From Bacillus subtilis subsp. subtilis str. 168 (GTDB taxonomy: Bacteria; Bacillota; Bacilli; Bacillales; Bacillaceae), in contig NC_000964.3 of assembly GCF_000009045.1 (NCBI RefSeq), positions 1,380,001-1,412,000 on the forward strand: a stretch of 32,000 nucleotides of DNA, read 5' to 3'. The notes below the pieces were generated by a model. It was not told the DNA's origin. It saw only the letters and a list, made by a program, of their open reading frames with translations, and did no database searches. This document shows, piece after piece, positions 18,181-27,328 of the stretch (position 1 is its first letter; each line of letters begins with the position of its first letter). The position numbers and the translations under genes are program-made.

Positions 18181-18363
18181 ATGAGTAATTTATTGAAATC
18201 CGCTTTAGAAAAAGAACGACGCCATTATTCTGAAAAACTCTATCAGATAGGGGTTTATAATAAAGAGGTCATGAACAAAATGACGATTTCTGAGCTTCGG
18301 AAAGAATACGCTTATTTCTTTCGAAGCATTACAAATCATAAAAATTATCCTTATACAAGATAA
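18181..18363 (+). CDS. ykoL: Small protein YkoL (60 aa), resembles Fur-regulated basic protein A type
   Basis: MSNLLKSALEKERRHYSEKLYQIGVYNKEVMNKMTISELRKEYAYFFRSITNHKNYPYTR; AAGGAGG SD before ATG 18181. Confidence 0.85.
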   Translation: MSNLLKSALEKERRHYSEKLYQIGVYNKEVMNKMTISELRKEYAYFFRSITNHKNYPYTR

Positions 18364-18380
18364 TGTATAAGGATTTTTTT
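18349..18380 (+). terminator. ykoL terminator overlapping its stop codon
   Basis: CCTTATACA agataa TGTATAAGG ATTTTTTT; the ykoL TAA (18361-18363) lies inside the hairpin. Confidence 0.8.
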
Positions 18381-18495
18381 GCTTTTAGAAGGAATTTCTC
18401 GAATTATAGCGAATACGTATAGTAAGGGACTGAACTCTTATTATATGTAAGGGTTTTCATTATTTTTTTATAAAAATCCTATATACGAGGTAGAT

Positions 18496-18960
18496 ATGAT
18501 GAGATTATCGTTTAACGAAGAAGAAGTTGAGCGTGCGATGAATTTGTACAGAGTTTTTGCAAGGGCTTTCAAAAGTGTGTCCGAACATAGTATCCGTGAT
18601 AGCAAAGAGCACGGTTTTAATCCCACTGAATTTGCTGTACTGGAACTCCTGTACACAAGAGGCCCGCAAAAATTACAGCAAATTGGGTCGAGACTTCTGC
18701 TTGTAAGCGGAAACGTCACATATGTTATTGACAAACTAGAAAGAAACGGGTTTTTAGTAAGGGAGCAGGACCCGAAAGATAAACGCTCTGTTTACGCACA
18801 TTTAACTGACAAGGGAAATGAGTATTTGGATAAAATTTATCCGATTCATGCACTGCGTATTGCGAGAGCGTTTTCAGGTCTTTCGCCTGATGAACAGGAC
18901 CAGCTGATCGTCCTGCTCAAGAAAGCAGGCATACACAGCCAGCATTTGCTGTTTCGTTAA
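18496..18960 (+). CDS. ykoM: MarR-family transcriptional regulator
   Basis: 154 aa; wHTH LQQIGSRLLLVSGNVTYVIDKLERNGFLVREQDPKDKR. Confidence 0.9.
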   Translation: MMRLSFNEEEVERAMNLYRVFARAFKSVSEHSIRDSKEHGFNPTEFAVLELLYTRGPQKLQQIGSRLLLVSGNVTYVIDKLERNGFLVREQDPKDKRSVYAHLTDKGNEYLDKIYPIHALRIARAFSGLSPDEQDQLIVLLKKAGIHSQHLLFR

Positions 18961-18967
18961 CTATTCT

Positions 18968-18998
18968 ACACTCTCTATTTCAGGAGAGTGTTTTTTTG
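18968..18998 (+). terminator. Terminator between convergent ykoM and ykoN
   Basis: ACACTCTC tatttca GGAGAGTGTTTTTTT. Confidence 0.8.
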
Positions 18999-20096
18999 TT
19001 TCCATATGATTCTTTTTAAAACATCTTTAATCTTCCTATCAGACATTTCGCCAAGGTATCCATTGACGTGTTTTTTATACTCCTTCATCTGTTCGTTCGA
19101 TTGAAAAAATGCCGCGATATACTCTTCTGCTTTCTGCATGTCCCAGTTTCTCATATCTGTGACGAGTTTCCTTTCATGTAGAAGGTTTAAATTCATTTCC
19201 TCCTGTCCCGGCAGTGCATGATAAATAAATACCGGAAGCCGTTTCTGTAAGCATTCACTGATGGTCACGCCTCCGGGTTTAGTCATGATGCCTGTCGCCT
19301 GTTCGTACAAACGGTTCATCTCTGCTTTGCTGTGAAGGTAAGGAATCGCCTCAATCAAGGGGTGGTGTAAACTTTTGACATAGGAGTAGAGCTTTTCGTT
19401 TCTGCCGCATAATATTTTGTATAAGATCTTTCCGCCTGGCGACAGTTCCTGCACCCATTTTAAAATCCCACCGACCCCCATACTGCCCCCTGTGATGATG
19501 ATGGTATATGGCGGGTGGTGCTGCAAGGTATCTGCTGATTCCATTTCAAAATTTTGGTGAACTGGAATGCCGGTCAAGTATATGTTGTTCTGATCGATAC
19601 CCTCTGATATTAGCTGCTTCTTTACTTCCGTGCTCGGAACAAAATGGTAATCAATGTTCTTCCGTCCCCATAATTGATTCACGAAAAAATCAGTGTATAC
19701 ATTCACAACCGTCAGATTCGGATATTCAGGCTTTAGTCGGTTCAGCAGATAAGAAGGCAGCGCATGTGTGCAGAAGGCGATATCAGGCTGTTTTTCTTGG
19801 AGGATGTGCCTCATTTGCTGTGTGAACAGCCATTCGTACATGAAATAGCGTTTGTCATGCTGAAATTCTCCGCAGGCGAGGAGCCTGTAAATGCCGCTGT
19901 ACGTTTTCGGGAAATATTGAATCCATTTTAAATAAGCCACGGAGGACAATTTTTCTAACCGCCTATACGAATGTGAAAAGATATCAATCTTTTCAGCTGC
20001 CAGCCCTTGAGACTCTAATTCAGCCTGCAATGCATCAGCCACATGATGATGGCCGGTGGAAATGCTTAAAAAAGGAAAAATGAGAATGTTTTTCAT
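18975..20096 (-). CDS. ykoN: Glycosyltransferase related to MurG/MGDG synthase/UgtP (GT28-like)
   Basis: 373 aa from MKNILIFPFLSISTGHHHVADALQAELE; C-terminal MTKPGGVTISECLQKRLPVFIYHALPGQEEMNLNLL donor-binding motif. Confidence 0.85.
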   Translation of the reverse strand: MKNILIFPFLSISTGHHHVADALQAELESQGLAAEKIDIFSHSYRRLEKLSSVAYLKWIQYFPKTYSGIYRLLACGEFQHDKRYFMYEWLFTQQMRHILQEKQPDIAFCTHALPSYLLNRLKPEYPNLTVVNVYTDFFVNQLWGRKNIDYHFVPSTEVKKQLISEGIDQNNIYLTGIPVHQNFEMESADTLQHHPPYTIIITGGSMGVGGILKWVQELSPGGKILYKILCGRNEKLYSYVKSLHHPLIEAIPYLHSKAEMNRLYEQATGIMTKPGGVTISECLQKRLPVFIYHALPGQEEMNLNLLHERKLVTDMRNWDMQKAEEYIAAFFQSNEQMKEYKKHVNGYLGEMSDRKIKDVLKRIIWKQKNTLLK

Positions 20097-20187
20097 GACA
20101 GTCCTCCTAAAAAAATATGGCAACTATATTTTGAGGAGAACGTTCACAAAATATAAGGGTGTTTTTGATCATAAGGAAGGTGAAAAG

Positions 20188-20739
20188 ATGAAAACTTGTT
20201 TCCTTTCCATATGGAGAGTGGTTGATCCGATTTATTTCTTTTTTTCAAGGCTAAGCTTGATTGACAACGATCAAAAAAGCGTTTTTCGAGTCAGGCTGAC
20301 GAAGTACAAAGGACATCATGTCGTGCTTAGCGACGGAACGCATATAAGAAAAAATGATGTGCTCGTTAAAATCCACCTGCATAACATAAAGCTGATCAGG
20401 GAGCTGCAAAGCATTGAGAGCGCAGTCAGAAAGGGAATCATTATTTATCAGAAAGTATATCAATCGATGCCGCTTCTTCTTGACTATATCAACAATCATA
20501 AAAAAAGCGAGAAAATCAAAGGAATCATTGGGATTACAATGCTTGACAAAGGTGTGGAAAGGCTCGGCTTTGATGTGATCACCCCGGTGAACCCTTTTTA
20601 CAGATGCTTTAAAAAAGTGTCTCATGTGCCGATTTTATATTTGACTTCAAAGCCTGTGAGCTTGCGGCATTTACCGAATTCATCCTATTTGTTTATCTCA
20701 AAAGAAAAGCTGCAGAAAACCTATCAAAAAAAAGACTGA
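20188..20739 (+). CDS. ykoP: Conserved hypothetical protein YkoP (183 aa)
   Basis: ATG 20188 after AAGGAAGGTG SD; MKTCFLSIWRVVDPIYFFFSRLSLIDNDQ...; divergent to ykoN. Confidence 0.8.
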   Translation: MKTCFLSIWRVVDPIYFFFSRLSLIDNDQKSVFRVRLTKYKGHHVVLSDGTHIRKNDVLVKIHLHNIKLIRELQSIESAVRKGIIIYQKVYQSMPLLLDYINNHKKSEKIKGIIGITMLDKGVERLGFDVITPVNPFYRCFKKVSHVPILYLTSKPVSLRHLPNSSYLFISKEKLQKTYQKKD

Positions 20740-20763
20740 TGCCTCGGTCAGCACAGTCTTTTT
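20727..20763. terminator. Terminator between convergent ykoP and ykoQ
   Basis: AAAAAAGACTG...CAGTCTTTTTT with internal stem around CTCGG. Confidence 0.65.
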
Positions 20764-20766
20764 TGA

Positions 20767-21579
20767 TTAAATCTGATGAAATGTCACTTCAGGGCGGCTT
20801 CCGACACGGATATTTACGCCGGTTTGTCCCAAGCCCTCGCTGATATAAAATGGTTTATCGTGATGATAATGAAGGCCTTTAATCATGTTCATTCGCACGA
20901 GCTTTCCCATTTTCACCAAATGATACGGTTTTGGCCAGTGAATTTGCCCGCCGTGAAAATGCCCTGACAGCAGGTAATCATAATGAACATCTTTCATATC
21001 CAGAATAATATTTGGGTCATGTGTTAAGACAAGATGATAGCCATTTTCCAGACTTTGATAAGAGCCGGTGATATTACTCCGATTCGTACTGTAATCATCA
21101 ATGCCGATAATATTGACTGGTCCTGCAGCCGTCTCGATTCGAACATGTTCATTTTGCAGCGTGATACAGCCGTTTTCCTCTAAAACTCGCTTCAATCTCT
21201 GAAAGTCCTCTTCTTTCAATACATAATCGTGGTTACCGAACACCGCGTACATTCCATATGCAGGCTTTAGCTTTTGCAAGGCGTTCAAGTAACCTGCCAG
21301 TTTCGGAATATTACGTTTCCGATCAAGAAAATCCCCGGTAAGAGCAATGATGTCCACAGGCTGATCTTTTGTTAAATGATACAGCTCCTCAGGTGAGACT
21401 GAAATGTTTTCCAAGTGAAGATCAGATAAATGAAGGATATTTAATTTTTTTCTGGCTGGAAGGCCGTCTTTTTGGTCGATTGAAATGGTGTTGACTTTCA
21501 CATCTTTTGTATTGCGGTTCGCTTTATATAGAAATGGCACAAATACGAGTATGGCCAATGAAAGTAAGATTGTAAACAA
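20767..21579 (-). CDS. ykoQ: Membrane-anchored calcineurin-like metallophosphoesterase
   Basis: 270 aa; N-terminal TM, motifs LHLSDLHLE, LTGDFLDRK, GNHDYV, LTHDP, LSGHFHGGQI. Confidence 0.9.
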   Translation of the reverse strand: MFTILLSLAILVFVPFLYKANRNTKDVKVNTISIDQKDGLPARKKLNILHLSDLHLENISVSPEELYHLTKDQPVDIIALTGDFLDRKRNIPKLAGYLNALQKLKPAYGMYAVFGNHDYVLKEEDFQRLKRVLEENGCITLQNEHVRIETAAGPVNIIGIDDYSTNRSNITGSYQSLENGYHLVLTHDPNIILDMKDVHYDYLLSGHFHGGQIHWPKPYHLVKMGKLVRMNMIKGLHYHHDKPFYISEGLGQTGVNIRVGSRPEVTFHQI

Positions 21580-21771
21580 AATATATCCCCTCCCTTCTAT
21601 CAGTATAGTAAGTGATCAAGCCCTATGGATAGCGGGAATTAATGGGTAGAGACAGGTTGAAAAACGGATTGTCATATGATGAATGATTTGGAAGGGAAAA
21701 GGGATAATAAATTTTGACACATGAGGCAGAACATGCCGACGGAGTCAGAATAACAAATGGATGTGTAAGCA

Positions 21772-23466
21772 ATGTTACGATTGATGAGACAACAAAAAAA
21801 AGAAACATATTATCTCTGGATCGCATTATTTCTTCTTTTATTGTATGTATCCCCGCTTTTTATTTTAAAGGAAGATGCCCATATCCGGGTCCACGATAAT
21901 TTAGATTCCAACATCGCTTGGTACAAGGTTCTGGCCGATAGCGGAGAAATCGTCGGCAAGGTTGACGCTGCCATTCCGCAAATCATTAACGGGCTGCCCC
22001 GGGATGCCTTTGGCACCGAGTGGAGCGGAATTGTTTGGCTCCATGCTTTCTTTTCTTCCATGACCGCCTATGCAATAAGCCAGACGGTTACAAGAGTTGT
22101 CGCTTTTTTTGGAATGTATGTGCTGCTGAAGAAACATATAATCCCGGAACCAAAAGCGGCTTTCATCCGAATTGGCGTATCGCTTGCATTTGCCTTAACA
22201 CCGTTCTGGCCTTCGGGAATGCTGAGTACGCTTGGGTACCCTTTGGCACTGTGGGCTTTTTTAAATATCCGAAAAGGGGATATCTCATGGAGAGAGTGGC
22301 TGACGCTGGGCTTGCTCCCTCTATACTCAAGCTTTGTTCTAGGCTTCTTCTTTTTCCTGGCAGGGATGGCGTGTTTTTGGCTGTATGATGCCATTACAAA
22401 AAGAAGATGGAATTTGATGTTCTTAGGCAGTATTGCATTTATGACGAGTATCTATCTTTTCGTTGAATATCGGCTTGTCTATTCGATGCTGTTTGAGCAC
22501 GCACCGATGCATCGTATCGAATTTATCTCATCTAGGCATGACGTTTGGCATTCTCTTCGACTATCCATAAAAAACTTTGTCTATGGCCATAATCATGTGA
22601 TGACCGTTCATACCGTTGTCATCCTTCCGATCCTGATGGTCGTATTTGCTGCTCTGCTGTTCAAACGAAATCGGACAAAGCCAGAAAATGTTTATCTGTT
22701 TTTATGTGTGCTTAATTACGGGTTGTCATTATGGTATGCGTTTTGGTTCAACAAAATTTGGGCTGTTCCAAAGCAGAAATTTGCTTTTTTAGCAGAATTT
22801 AATTTTGCCCGTTTTCATTTTCTTCGGCCGCTTGTTATATACGTGAGCTTTGCGCTTGCTTTATATCTCATTTGGCGGATGGGGAAAGGATGGAAATGGC
22901 TTGTGTACGCCGCAGTCGCTGCACAGCTGATGGTGTTGGCGCCTTTTAATGAAGAATATACGTATGGTGTTCATTACAACGCGCCGACATTCAGGGAGTT
23001 TTATGCATCAGAGCAATTCAAAGAGATTAAGGAATATATCGGACGTCCGCAAGATTCGTATAGGGTGGCGAGCATCGGACTGCATCCGTCTATCGCCCAA
23101 TATAACGGGTTTTATACGTTAGATACGTATAACAATCTGTATCCGCTCTCATATAAATATGAATTTAGAAAAATCATCGAAAAAGAGCTGGAAAAAAATT
23201 CTCGGCTGAAACAATACTTTGATGAATGGGGCAGCCGCTGCTACCTTTTTGTCGATGAACTCGGTAAACGATATGATTTCAAAAAGAACTCGAAGAAAAC
23301 GATCAACAACCTTCAATTAAATACAGATGTATTTAAAAAAATGGGTGGACGGTACATTTTTTCTTCAGTTCCGATCATGAATGCTGAACAAAACCATCTC
23401 GCGCTCGTAAAGACGTTTGACCATAAAGATTCCGCCTGGCGCATTTATTTATATGAAACAAGATAA
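21772..23466 (+). CDS. ykoS: Polytopic membrane protein YkoS (YfhO-like glycosylation membrane component)
   Basis: 564 aa, about 10-12 predicted TM segments, directly upstream of a CsbB-like GT2; exact start uncertain (in-frame ATGs near 21772-21784). Confidence 0.8.
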   Translation: MLRLMRQQKKETYYLWIALFLLLLYVSPLFILKEDAHIRVHDNLDSNIAWYKVLADSGEIVGKVDAAIPQIINGLPRDAFGTEWSGIVWLHAFFSSMTAYAISQTVTRVVAFFGMYVLLKKHIIPEPKAAFIRIGVSLAFALTPFWPSGMLSTLGYPLALWAFLNIRKGDISWREWLTLGLLPLYSSFVLGFFFFLAGMACFWLYDAITKRRWNLMFLGSIAFMTSIYLFVEYRLVYSMLFEHAPMHRIEFISSRHDVWHSLRLSIKNFVYGHNHVMTVHTVVILPILMVVFAALLFKRNRTKPENVYLFLCVLNYGLSLWYAFWFNKIWAVPKQKFAFLAEFNFARFHFLRPLVIYVSFALALYLIWRMGKGWKWLVYAAVAAQLMVLAPFNEEYTYGVHYNAPTFREFYASEQFKEIKEYIGRPQDSYRVASIGLHPSIAQYNGFYTLDTYNNLYPLSYKYEFRKIIEKELEKNSRLKQYFDEWGSRCYLFVDELGKRYDFKKNSKKTINNLQLNTDVFKKMGGRYIFSSVPIMNAEQNHLALVKTFDHKDSAWRIYLYETR

Positions 23467-23478
23467 GGAGGATATCGA

Positions 23479-24492
23479 TTGAAACAGTCACAGCCAGTAT
23501 TAACCATCGTCGTCCCGTGTTTCAATGAAGAGGAAGTGTTTCAAGAAACAAGCCATCAGCTGACAGAGGTTGTAGATGATTTAATTGAAGAAAAATTAAT
23601 TGCTGAAGACAGTAAAATTCTGTTTGTCGATGATGGCAGCAAAGACCGCACTTGGGCTTTGATTGCTATGGAGAGCATAAGAAACAAGAAGGTTACCGGC
23701 TTAAAATTAGCCTGCAATGTCGGCCACCAAAAAGCGCTTTTAGCCGGATTGCATAAAGCGAAGAATAGGTCAGACTGCGTCATTTCGATCGATGCTGATC
23801 TTCAGGACGACATCTCTGTGATCCGGGATTTTATGCTGAAATATCATGAGGGCTGCGAGATCGTTTACGGTGTACGCCGGAGCAGAAAAACCGATACCTT
23901 TTTCAAGCGCACGACCGCGTTAGGGTTTTATCGTCTCATGAATAAACTTGGGATTAAATTAATTTATAATCATGCTGATTTTCGTTTAATGAATAAAAGG
24001 TCCCTTGAAGAGCTTGAGCGTTATCCGGAAGCGAATCTGTTTTTAAGAGGTATTGTCCCCATGATCGGCTTTAAATCGGCCGAAGTTTTGTATGACCGCA
24101 AGGAACGCTTTGCCGGCAAAACGAAATATCCGCTGAAAAAGATGCTATCCTTCGCTTTTAACGGGATTACTTCATTCAGTGTCGCACCAATTCGATTCTT
24201 TACGCTTTTAGGGTTTGTTTTGTTTTTCCTCAGCGCTGTGGCAGGGATTGGCGCGTTTATTCAAAAGCTGCTCGGCCATACGAATGCAGGCTGGGCGTCT
24301 CTTATCATATCCATTTGGTTTTTGGGCGGGCTGCAATTGATGGGAATTGGAATCATCGGAGAGTATATTGGAACGATTTTTTCTGAAGTGAAAAGACGGC
24401 CGAAATACGCGATTGATATTGATTTGTATAATGAACAGCTGAGCCCGCTTCAGCGCCAGGAAAAAGAGCGGTTAGAAAAAAAGTACAGTTAA
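23479..24492 (+). CDS. ykoT: GT2 undecaprenyl-phosphate-type glycosyltransferase (CsbB/GtrB-like)
   Basis: 337 aa; IVVPCFNEEEVFQET, DDGSKDRTW, ISIDADLQD, two C-terminal TM helices. Confidence 0.88.
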   Translation: MKQSQPVLTIVVPCFNEEEVFQETSHQLTEVVDDLIEEKLIAEDSKILFVDDGSKDRTWALIAMESIRNKKVTGLKLACNVGHQKALLAGLHKAKNRSDCVISIDADLQDDISVIRDFMLKYHEGCEIVYGVRRSRKTDTFFKRTTALGFYRLMNKLGIKLIYNHADFRLMNKRSLEELERYPEANLFLRGIVPMIGFKSAEVLYDRKERFAGKTKYPLKKMLSFAFNGITSFSVAPIRFFTLLGFVLFFLSAVAGIGAFIQKLLGHTNAGWASLIISIWFLGGLQLMGIGIIGEYIGTIFSEVKRRPKYAIDIDLYNEQLSPLQRQEKERLEKKYS

Positions 24493-24497
24493 ACACG

Positions 24498-24530
24498 GAA
24501 AGAGCTGACTTCATTAGTCAGCTCTTTTTC
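24498..24530. terminator. Terminator between convergent ykoT and ligD
   Basis: GGAAAGAGCTGACT tcatt AGTCAGCTCTTTTTC. Confidence 0.85.
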
Positions 24531-26353
24531 TTCAACTGATGCAATATAGCGCTAAGCGGTTCGTCTTGCGGGTTGCGGTAAAAATCAAAAAATGGGCAGC
24601 CCTGCTTCTTAATTCGATCGATGACCGTATCAATTGTAAACAGAGCGGGTGTTAAAGATGATTGCACCTCATGCCAGTAGAGCGGGGCTGCAACAGTCCC
24701 AAGCTCATTTCCTCTCGTTGAATAGGGACAGATAATCGTTTTTCCTTCTGCATGCTGCAAATAATCAAGATACAATTTGCAGTGTCTGTTTTTAATCAAG
24801 CGTTCAGTGGTAAAGAGCTCGGGAAATGCATTGGTGCAGTACTCTGCGATCAGCTGCGTAAATTGGCGTGTTTCTTCATACGTAAATGCCTCGGGAGACA
24901 AGGGAATATAAAGCTGGATGCCTTTGTTGCCGGACAGCTTCGGGTACGATGTGATGCCAAAGGAATCCAACAGCCGCTTCAGTTCATTTGCGGCCTGCAC
25001 GGCCATAAGAAAGTCATCTCGCGAAGGCGGGTCTAAATCAATGACAATCTCAGCCGGACGCCTGCTTTTAATGGTTTGAAAAGGAACGTGAAACTCCAAA
25101 GCAAGCTGGTTGCAAAGCCATAGCAATGTAGACATATCCTCACAGACAATATGTTCATGGCTTCCATCATAGAAAGACTGAACAAAATCCGGCGCATAGT
25201 CCGGCTTGTTTTTTTGGAAAAATGATTCGCTCCTAGATCCATGCGGATAGCGGATGACGGTGACAGCCCGGTTTTTCAGAAATGGGAGCAGGTAGTCACT
25301 GACTTCAATCATATACTGAATAAAATCTTCTTTTGTTTTTTTATTCTTTTCAAATATGATTTTATCCAGGCTTGTGAACTGGAGCTTTGGGTGAACCGGT
25401 TTGGAGTGTCGTATGACTTGCGCATACGTGCATTCGGTCCAGTCCATTTGGAATTCGAAACCGATAAACGATACCTCTCTTAATGTGCCTTGGAGAATTG
25501 TTAAGTATTGAACAGCTGCACAAATCGAAGGTTCAAGCGTAAATTCGCCTGAGGGTGTTTGATGTCCGTGCTGTTCCATAATCTCGCGTATAGCGCTTTT
25601 TTCCTCATCACGCATTCCGTGCGAGACAGAGGCAATCGGTGTCATTATTCCGTTTTTTAACACCGATACCGTCAGAAACCCGTTGTTAGGGTTGAACCCT
25701 GTTATGCAAACATAAGCTTGTTTAAAGTTTTTATATTTGAGCCAATCGGACGACCGCTTCTTTTCAAGCCATTTGCTGTTTGTTTTCTTCGCTACAATTC
25801 CTTCTCCGTCATATTTTATTACCATCTCCCAGAGTTGATCAAAATGATCATAACAGGGAATGGATTGAATGGTTTCTTTTGCGTAAGGATCTGGAGATGC
25901 AGGAAGCTTTGCTGCGGATATGAGTTCACGCAGCGATTTTTTGCGGTCCAAATACGAAAGAAGCGTTACATCTTCTCCGCTTCGCTCTAACAAATCAAAG
26001 GCGAGAAAGCAGCACGGCCGCGCGTTTGCCGATTCCTGAATCTTGTCTGGCCTTTTCAAACGCCCCCGCACTTGAAGGTGTTCAAAATCTGCACGACAGG
26101 GATTCACCAAACATACGATTTCACCGTCAAGTGTCAGCGGAAGCTCTTTTTCTAGGTGCTGAAAGGCAGTTTTGGCGAATTGTGTGATTTCAGGGAAGGT
26201 GCTGCTGAGCTCCACACCATTTCTGCTGGTTAAGGTCACACCTGAAGAATGGATGCGGAGAATACAGCGGTACCCATCATATTTTACTTCGTAACGCCAT
26301 TCTGCTCCGATTGGCGGTGACGAAGTTAAGACCGGCTGCATGGTAAACGCCAT
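24518..26353 (-). CDS. ligD: ATP-dependent DNA ligase/polymerase LigD of bacterial NHEJ
   Basis: 611 aa; ligase motif EVKYDGYRCILR and DGEIV, GIVAKK, DWLKYK; C-terminal archaeo-eukaryotic primase-like polymerase domain (IVIDLDPPSRDDF...). Ligase domain precedes polymerase domain. Confidence 0.93.
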   Translation of the reverse strand: MAFTMQPVLTSSPPIGAEWRYEVKYDGYRCILRIHSSGVTLTSRNGVELSSTFPEITQFAKTAFQHLEKELPLTLDGEIVCLVNPCRADFEHLQVRGRLKRPDKIQESANARPCCFLAFDLLERSGEDVTLLSYLDRKKSLRELISAAKLPASPDPYAKETIQSIPCYDHFDQLWEMVIKYDGEGIVAKKTNSKWLEKKRSSDWLKYKNFKQAYVCITGFNPNNGFLTVSVLKNGIMTPIASVSHGMRDEEKSAIREIMEQHGHQTPSGEFTLEPSICAAVQYLTILQGTLREVSFIGFEFQMDWTECTYAQVIRHSKPVHPKLQFTSLDKIIFEKNKKTKEDFIQYMIEVSDYLLPFLKNRAVTVIRYPHGSRSESFFQKNKPDYAPDFVQSFYDGSHEHIVCEDMSTLLWLCNQLALEFHVPFQTIKSRRPAEIVIDLDPPSRDDFLMAVQAANELKRLLDSFGITSYPKLSGNKGIQLYIPLSPEAFTYEETRQFTQLIAEYCTNAFPELFTTERLIKNRHCKLYLDYLQHAEGKTIICPYSTRGNELGTVAAPLYWHEVQSSLTPALFTIDTVIDRIKKQGCPFFDFYRNPQDEPLSAILHQLKKKS

Positions 26354-26356
26354 GCG

Positions 26357-27241
26357 CTATGATGTGCCGGAGGCTTTTTTTCTAGTTGTTTTTTGTTTTT
26401 TATCTCCGGCTCCTTTCGGTTCAGCGGCTTGTGCAGGTGCGGCAGCCGGTGTCTCCCGGTTCGGCCTTCTGGTTCTGTCGATGCTGGCTTGCAGAGCGCT
26501 TACCAGGTCAATGACATCTTCACGAGGTGGCGCTTTATCAGGAGTGACAGCCGTTTCTTTATTTTCTAGCTTGTCGTTGACTCTTTGCAGCAGCGCCTGT
26601 CGGTACGTGTCTTCATATTTCTCAGGCTCAAACTTAGCAGTCAGTTCATCTATTAATGTGATAGCAGTTTGCAGTTCCTTATCGTTTACATTCGATTGAT
26701 CAGGTACACCTGGGACTTGAGCGGCGCTTCTGACCTCATCGGGATAATGGATAGACTCCATGACGATACAATTTTCATAAACGCGGAGAATCGCCAGCTG
26801 CTGCTTTGACCTGATTGTCATATTGGCGATACCGATCTTTCCGGTTGAGCGCAGCGCCTCACGCAGCAGGGTATAGGCCTTCGTCCCATTATCCCCGGGG
26901 CCGACAAAGTAGGAGCGGTTAAAATAAATCGGATCAATTTCCTGAAGCTGAACAAAGTCAACAATCTCAACTGCTTTCTCCTCATGCTCCTGTTTTAAGC
27001 TTTTTAAATCTTCGTCTGTCAGCACTACATATTTTCCTTTTACATATTCATATCCCTTCACAATTTCATCAGGACTAAGAGTTTTTTCGCAATTTGTGCA
27101 AACTTTCTCGTATTTGATTGGTGCGTGATCCTCTTTATGGAGGCTGCGCAGTTTAATATCTTTATCTTCTGTGGCCGCATATAGCTTGATGGGGATGTTT
27201 ACTAATCCGAAGCTGATCGATCCCTTCCACATTGTATGCAT
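26357..27241 (-). CDS. ku: DNA end-binding protein Ku
   Basis: 294 aa from MHTMWKGSISFGLVNIPIKLYAATEDKDIKLRSLHKE; Ku core plus basic C-terminal tail KKQKTTRKKASGTS. Confidence 0.95.
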   Translation of the reverse strand: MHTMWKGSISFGLVNIPIKLYAATEDKDIKLRSLHKEDHAPIKYEKVCTNCEKTLSPDEIVKGYEYVKGKYVVLTDEDLKSLKQEHEEKAVEIVDFVQLQEIDPIYFNRSYFVGPGDNGTKAYTLLREALRSTGKIGIANMTIRSKQQLAILRVYENCIVMESIHYPDEVRSAAQVPGVPDQSNVNDKELQTAITLIDELTAKFEPEKYEDTYRQALLQRVNDKLENKETAVTPDKAPPREDVIDLVSALQASIDRTRRPNRETPAAAPAQAAEPKGAGDKKQKTTRKKASGTS

Positions 27242-27264
27242 ATCGATAAACCCCTTTTTTTCTT

Positions 27265-27294
27265 TAGTGTGAAGAGAAGGAGTACGATTCATGT
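27265..27294 (-). promoter_or_regulatory. Candidate SigG-like promoter for ku-ligD
   Basis: On minus: ACATG - N18 - CACACTA versus SigG-type GHATR-N17-18-CATNHTA; one mismatch in each element. Confidence 0.5.
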
Positions 27295-27328
27295 GTAGTA
27301 ACTTATGGGTGAAAAAAAGCCGGCGCTG

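Noticed and set aside
20097-20123. 9-codon upstream extension of ykoN
   Set aside because: The Met at 20096 has the AGGAGG SD and the conserved KNILIFPFLSISTGHHHVAD start.
24752-25990. Plus-strand ORFs inside ligD
   Set aside because: Shadows of a continuous 611-aa LigD frame; no SD or domain.
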